Below are positions 58,066-64,000 of a stretch of 64,000 nucleotides of DNA, piece after piece. The stretch covers positions 113,336,001-113,400,000 of the forward strand of contig OX597820.1 in NCBI GenBank assembly GCA_951406725.2, read 5' to 3'. A program made the position numbers and the translations under genes. The DNA is from Octopus vulgaris (lineage: Eukaryota). A model generated the notes under the pieces. It did not search any database and was not told the DNA's origin. It saw only the letters and a program-made list of their open reading frames with translations. Every line of letters begins with the position of its first letter. Position 1 is the stretch's first letter.

Positions 58066-59319
58066 ATATATATATATATATATATACATATACAATACAC
58101 TAACTGGTATACCCGGTAATTCCCGGGGATAAAGATGTTCTATTGAAACGCCTTATTAGTCTGATATAAGAAAGCAATTTCGTTATAACTGCCACAAAAG
58201 GTGTATTTTCCGTCACGAAACCGTACAAAAACTGCCAGCTGGAGAAGGGAGAGATTGTTGGAGGTTGGCGAGAGATGTTTTTGGAGGTTGGTGAAAAAGA
58301 TTGTCGGAGGTTGTCGGAGTTTGGCGAAGGAGGTTGTCGGAGGTTGGCGCGAGAGGTTGACGATTGGAGATGTTGAAAATATGTGTAATAATGCAATGTG
58401 TAAATTAATTCCAGCAATATATATATATAACTGTTTAGATATTGAATTAAAATAGACATTCATCAAAATGTCGTCTGAAGTGTAAATAAGCAAAAAATAT
58501 TATGATTTGTAAAATAAGTATAACTGATACAGGGTGTCATGAGTCAGTGTGGTGTGGAAGTTTGGTTCCATTTTTTAAGAATTTTAAGCATTAAAAGTAT
58601 GAGTTCATTGTACTGGGACAAACTTATGAAATATTTTGTGGAACGAAAAATGTATGTACTATCATGGTAAAATTTGAACCACTACAAATACGTTGTGGAA
58701 AAAAATATCTACTGCCATTGAGGAAGTGTAACAGTAAAAATGTAGAATTATCGGAGTAATGCGCATTCAAAAAAGTATGTGTGTATAGAAATGTATGAAT
58801 GATTCAAATTAAGGAAGTGCAATAATAATGTTTATCAGTTCAAAACTGTATCAGGCAGATTATATTCAGTGTTAGTACCGTCGAATAAGTATTACGTAGG
58901 TGGAGAGATATGTTCAATTCTTCCAGTGCCTTCGAATTTAATATTTTTTAATATTTAATATTGCTGGAGTCCCATGCTGATGAAGAAAATGGTTGGGTAA
59001 AGTATAATTCTATATTCTTTATACCGATCACATTCCGAAACGCGTACATGGGTGACCAGATATAGATTGATTTTCGTTATTTTTCCTCTCTGCCTGCGCG
59101 GATTGTTTTCAAGTATTTTGGTTTTTCTGGGAGTCCCTTTTTAAAGTAGAAGAAATAGCTAAAGTTTTTTGGCTGCTATTTCTAAACTTCGGTATGTGGT
59201 GCTCAAAATGCCGATAATTGTCTATACACATGTACATACATACACTCATAGACAGGCAAAAAGATAGCTAGCTTAATAGCTATCTATCTATCTATCTATC
59301 TTAGACAGAAAGATATCTT

Positions 59320-59367
<48 letters not shown>

Positions 59368-59470
59368 AAGAGAGAGGATAGTGTGATATGTTATCCACAA
59401 TACATCGTGAATCAGAAGTAAAATTAAATGTTATAAACATTGCTTTGGGTGAAATAAGAACAATGTAAAA

Positions 59471-60671
59471 CAGGGGTGGGCGAACTTTTTTGATCGCGGG
59501 CCGCACAGTGCGTCTTTGGAACCTTGGCGGGCCTCATTTATAAAAATCAAGTGAAAATATTTTTAAAGGCGGTTATAGACCTATAAACAAAATTGATTGA
59601 AAGGAAATTTTGTGAAATATTCCTGGTTTAAGTGATTTAATTTATTTTTTAGAGTATCGGGTTCATGTTTTTCGGTTATTTGCTCCTATAGTTGAAATTA
59701 TTACAGGAACCTCGGTTATTTTGGACAGCCTGTTATTGCTTACAAATTGCCAGGAACGGAATTTTCCTAGTAAAATCTGCACTAATTGTGGACAACCACC
59801 TCTTAATATTATGGACAACCATGATGAATATTATACTTAAATTCTAGGATACCCAAAATAAAAGATTTTAAAGAGAAATAACAGTTTATTAATATGAATT
59901 GATATCTGAAATTAGAAACGTCACCTGAAACATTTATTTGAAAAACAAAGCGGCTCTGTAAATAACAATGTCAATAAGAATGATGCAGCTGTCTACTGTC
60001 ATTTACCAGTTTGTCAAAATTAGGTGTCAAGTTGCTTGTGCTGATTCTTAATACTGACTGAAGATTTGAGTCTGTGAGAAGTGATCGATTCTTCCCCTTG
60101 TTAATTTTCATGATGGAGAAAGTCTGCTCACATATGTGGAAGCACTCCGTCGGTTACGACGACGAGGGTTCCGGTTGATCCGATCAACGGAACAGCCTGC
60201 TTGTGAAATTAACGTGTAAGTGGCTGAGCATTCCACAGACACGTGTACCTTTAACGTAGTTCTCGGGGATATTCAGCATGACACAGAGAGTGACAAGGCC
60301 GGCCCTTTTGAAATACAGGTACAACAGAAATAGGAAGTAAGAGTGAGAGAAAATTGTGGTGAAAGAGTACAGCAGGAATCACCACCATCCCTGCCGGAGC
60401 CTCGTGGAGCTTTAGGTGTTTTCGCTCAATAAACACTCACAACGACCGGTCTGGGAATCGAAACCGCGATCCTACGACCGCAAGTCCGCTGCCCTAACCA
60501 CTGGGCCATTGCGCCTCCACTCACATATGTAAGTTGATGCAAACAACACAAACATCTTTCTTGCAAATTTTTTTAGATTTTGGTATTGGGATTCATAAAG
60601 CTCTCGGCGGGCCGCATGAATACCTATGGCGGGCCGCATGCGGCCCGCGGGCCGTAGTTTGCCCACCCCTG
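59471..60671 (-). mobile_element. Non-autonomous hAT (Charlie/SPIN-like) transposon with nested SINE
   Basis: TIRs CAGGGGTGGGCGAACT / AGTTTGCCCACCCCTG; 8-bp TSD ATGTAAAA (59463-70, 60672-79). Minus-strand FASTYICE|QTFSIMKINK...SLLTDSNLQSVLRIS...HHSY* dimerisation domain. Confidence 0.92.
60138..60519 (-). mobile_element. SINE family C, full length, with 11-bp TSD
   Basis: TSD CTCACATATGT at 60127-60137 and 60520-60530; tRNA-like head with A/B boxes. Confidence 0.9.
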
Positions 60672-60696
60672 ATGTAAAAGCATTCCTTGTACATAC

Positions 60697-60745
<49 letters not shown>

Positions 60746-61971
60746 TCCATACATACATCCGTACATACATACGTACATACATACACACATACATACACAC
60801 ACACACACATATACGTATGCATGCACAAATATGTATGTACATATGCATGTATGTATGCGTATATAAATATATGTATGTGTGTGTGTGTGTGCACGTATAT
60901 ATGTGTGTGCGCGCACACACACACACACATACAGGTTAGAAACAGTTATGGACTGGATGAGATGAACATCCCCCACCGTATGAAGTCTCCCTAAGATCGA
61001 CACTACCACCCAAACAGTGAGCTATTGAGACGACGTAAGTATTCCAATTACTTCAACTTGATCTTCGCATTTAAAAGTAATTACGTTTAAATTAAATGAT
61101 AGTCTACCAAGAAGCTTTCAAAAGGCTCTTGAAAATCATTTTATCGCGCCTCTACGAAACGAATACCGAATTACTAGAACGAAACTCACCCTATCTTATG
61201 GAATGGTTTAATTCATACCGCTCTCTTTTGTAACTGTATTTTTGTTTATTTTCAAGTTTTGAAAATAATGAAAAATTTAGCAATTAATTGTCATTATTAA
61301 ACTATTGTTCGGGACATAAATTAACATAAAATTTTGATGGAAGATCTAAATTTATCCGCTTTAAAACAGAAATTTTGTATCATCAAGCCAGGGAGGTTTC
61401 GAGCGGATTTATTCATTCCTGCTACTATCAGTCGCCAACATTCTTATAATGAACCTCTACGAAGTCGTTCTACCTTCTAAATACCATATTCCACTGTTTT
61501 TGAAAAGAAGAAACTGGTTAATGAGGTCTTAGATTTTCTATCAGGAAAAGACAGAATGGTCACGAGTGGAATGCCTTTGATGCTGTGATTCGCAAGTGTC
61601 TAAGACACTTCATTCAGTTTATCGATTTAGACGGGCTTGTGGAGGTCATGTTTAGTGTTCCTTCCTCCAGACCAATAAACATAAATAATTGTTAGTGTTT
61701 CATAATAGAAGATGCTTTTAGAACTGATAAAATAAGTATTAAGAATAGATTTGGTACAATTGCTTAATACTTATCTCCTTTAAAATAAATAAACTTGTGA
61801 CTCATTAATAAAATCAATGTGTATAAATAACTTGCATTTTTAGTGGCTTAAAACACGCCTTATACATTATATATATTGATGTTCATTGATAACGAATATA
61901 ATGAATATTTGACACTGAACAAAAAACAAAGATTTGTTTTTAATTTTTGAGTCTTAAACATAACACGCACC

Positions 61972-62325
61972 CGTGGCTGTGTGGTAAGAAGCTTGCTTCC
62001 CAACTACATGATTCCGGCTTCAATCTCACTGTGTGTCACATTGGGCAAATGTCTTCTACTATAGCCAAGGAACAATCAAAAACTTGAGTGGATTTGGTAG
62101 ATGGAAACTGAAAGAAACCCGTCATGTGTGTTTGTGTGTGTGTGAGAGAGAGAGAGAGAGAAACCGATGTTGGTGTATTTACGTCCCTGTAACTTAGTGA
62201 TTCGGCAAAAGAGACCGATAGAATAAGTACTAGGTTTAACAAAAAACAAACAAATAAGTATGGGACCGATTCATTCGACTAAAAATTCAAGGTAATGTCC
62301 CATAACTGAAACAAGTAAAAGATAG
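61972..62325 (+). mobile_element. Diverged SINE family A
   Basis: GTGGCTGTGTGGTAAGAAGCTTGCTTCCC head and ACTGAAACAAGTAAAAG tail. Confidence 0.8.
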
Positions 62326-62562
62326 AAGAAAAGCTTTACTAAATACGTAAATAGTATTCACTCTTCATAAGAATTATTTATTACTTCCCAATTAAGAAAG
62401 AAACTATTATAGAACGGAAGTTTTTAATTGTAAATATACGACACAAGATAGATGGTCCCTAAACAGACTTCAAATGTTAATGGTGTAACAAGAAATATGC
62501 TGTGATCGTCTTATACAAATATATAAGTTAATGAACATGTTGTGGGACAATGACCCTTCTTC

Positions 62563-62640
<78 letters not shown>

Positions 62641-64000
62641 GCCCAACAATTACAAACTGATTAACATATATATAGGATGCCTAAACACTGGGACAAGGAA
62701 ATCAAGAAGTCTTCTTGAAATAGAAAATAATGTCCATAGTCTTATGTAAATTAAATTAACTGATGCTGGTCATTCGTGAAATTGTGAGATTATCATATTA
62801 ACTTTAATCACATGACTGTTTCATCTCATATTGTTCAAAACGGAATTTCTGTTTGTTCTGTTTGAAGTCATTTAAAATGAATTTCATGCAAAGGATTTAT
62901 AACTCGAAGTTTTAATTTGAAGGAAAAGGAAAGAAAAATTGCGTGTGAGAAAAAAATTTGTACTCTTGATTCAGTTTTAAACATCCTTAAATGAAGACCT
63001 TTGTTGAGGCTTAAATCTTATACTAACAACATTCATTGTTGGTTGCATGGTTAATACTACCTTATATGAAATTGCTCTTGGTATAAAAAAATGCTTTATT
63101 TCTAACTGTGGATGTTATCTTTCGTATGACGAGGAGTCTTGGGAATATATTTTTGCTTGTGATGAAGGCAAGCAATCCGAAACTTCGAAGTCACTACCAA
63201 ACTTTTTCCCTCTAAAAGTTTAATAAATATTTATTCGCCTAAAATATTGAGTTATCTTTCAGTTTCATGTTAAATTGTTTTCTATATACAACTTGATATA
63301 AAACCAAACATTTAGATAAATGGAGACGTGTGTGGATGGTGCGTAAAAGTGTGCGTATGAAAGGAGAGAAAATATATGTAAAAGACAGTCTATCTGCTCT
63401 CTAACCTTTCTCTGTTTCTCCTCTCCTTATAGTCTTTAGTTCTCTCTGGCAAACGACTTCTCCCTCGTTGCCGAACAGTCATTGTGTATTGCAAGAAGTT
63501 TTATTTGTACAGTTCTGGATGTTAAATTTTAGAACGAAGTGTTGCTTTCTAAGTCTTCCTTTCATTTCCCCGTCTTCCGGTATGTCCATTACGACGAATG
63601 TAACTTAGACCTTCGATAAATACGGAACGAGAAAATAAATACCAAACTAAATTAAGCACCGTTGTCAAATGATCGACTAAAACGTTTGGAAGTGATGCTC
63701 CAGTATTGCTGTAACCCTCCCCCTTTCTCTCTCTCTCTCTCTTCCTCTCTCTACATAACGCCAATAATACACTTGCTCCATTTTTATATATAAGCATTCA
63801 AACAGAAAGCAAATGCAATGTCACGCCCGTTTTCATCCAAGATACAAATAAATACATGGCATACATACAATATACAAACATGATCATCAAAGATAAAAAA
63901 ATAAAAACTTTACAAAATACCATTTATAAAATCCACACTTGGAACGATATTTAGTTTCTCCGTCACAAACGAACCACAACATACAGAAATACCCAAAATA

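Noticed and set aside
58098-59230. Possible Helitron-like element with GGAGGTTG repeats
   Set aside because: Termini and 3' hairpin could not be established by eye.

Overview
A repeat-dense, AT- and microsatellite-rich eukaryotic window with no recognisable host gene. The SINE types and (TA)n/(CATA)n/(GATA)n density suggest an octopus/cephalopod genome (inference). Almost every ORF in the track is a microsatellite or SINE artefact. The standout is at 1.3-5.6 kb: two diverged ~2.1 kb elements lie head to tail inside one tRNA-derived SINE. They are bounded by three copies of the same 16-bp target sequence (AAGTAGCTTGGTAACC). Each encodes only a ~400-aa CCHC zinc-knuckle ORF1-like protein, with no RT or endonuclease. 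They share a near-invariant 3' RNA pseudoknot/hairpin and a short intron-like 5' segment. They look like site-specific, SINE-targeting, ORF1-only non-LTR retroelements. Other notable content: about a dozen hammerhead-ribozyme-bearing modules of Penelope-like (pLTR) type, mostly inverted repeats in (TA)n tracts, including one with RT and GIY-YIG remnants. There is also a 5S-rRNA-headed SINE sharing a covarying 3' tail with a tRNA SINE, an RTE LINE with twin-priming inversion and its apparent partner SINE, hAT/Tc1/mariner/pogo relics and MITEs, an R4/Dong-like fragment, and a ~3.2 kb (TA)n tract. Coordinates and alignments were made by eye.
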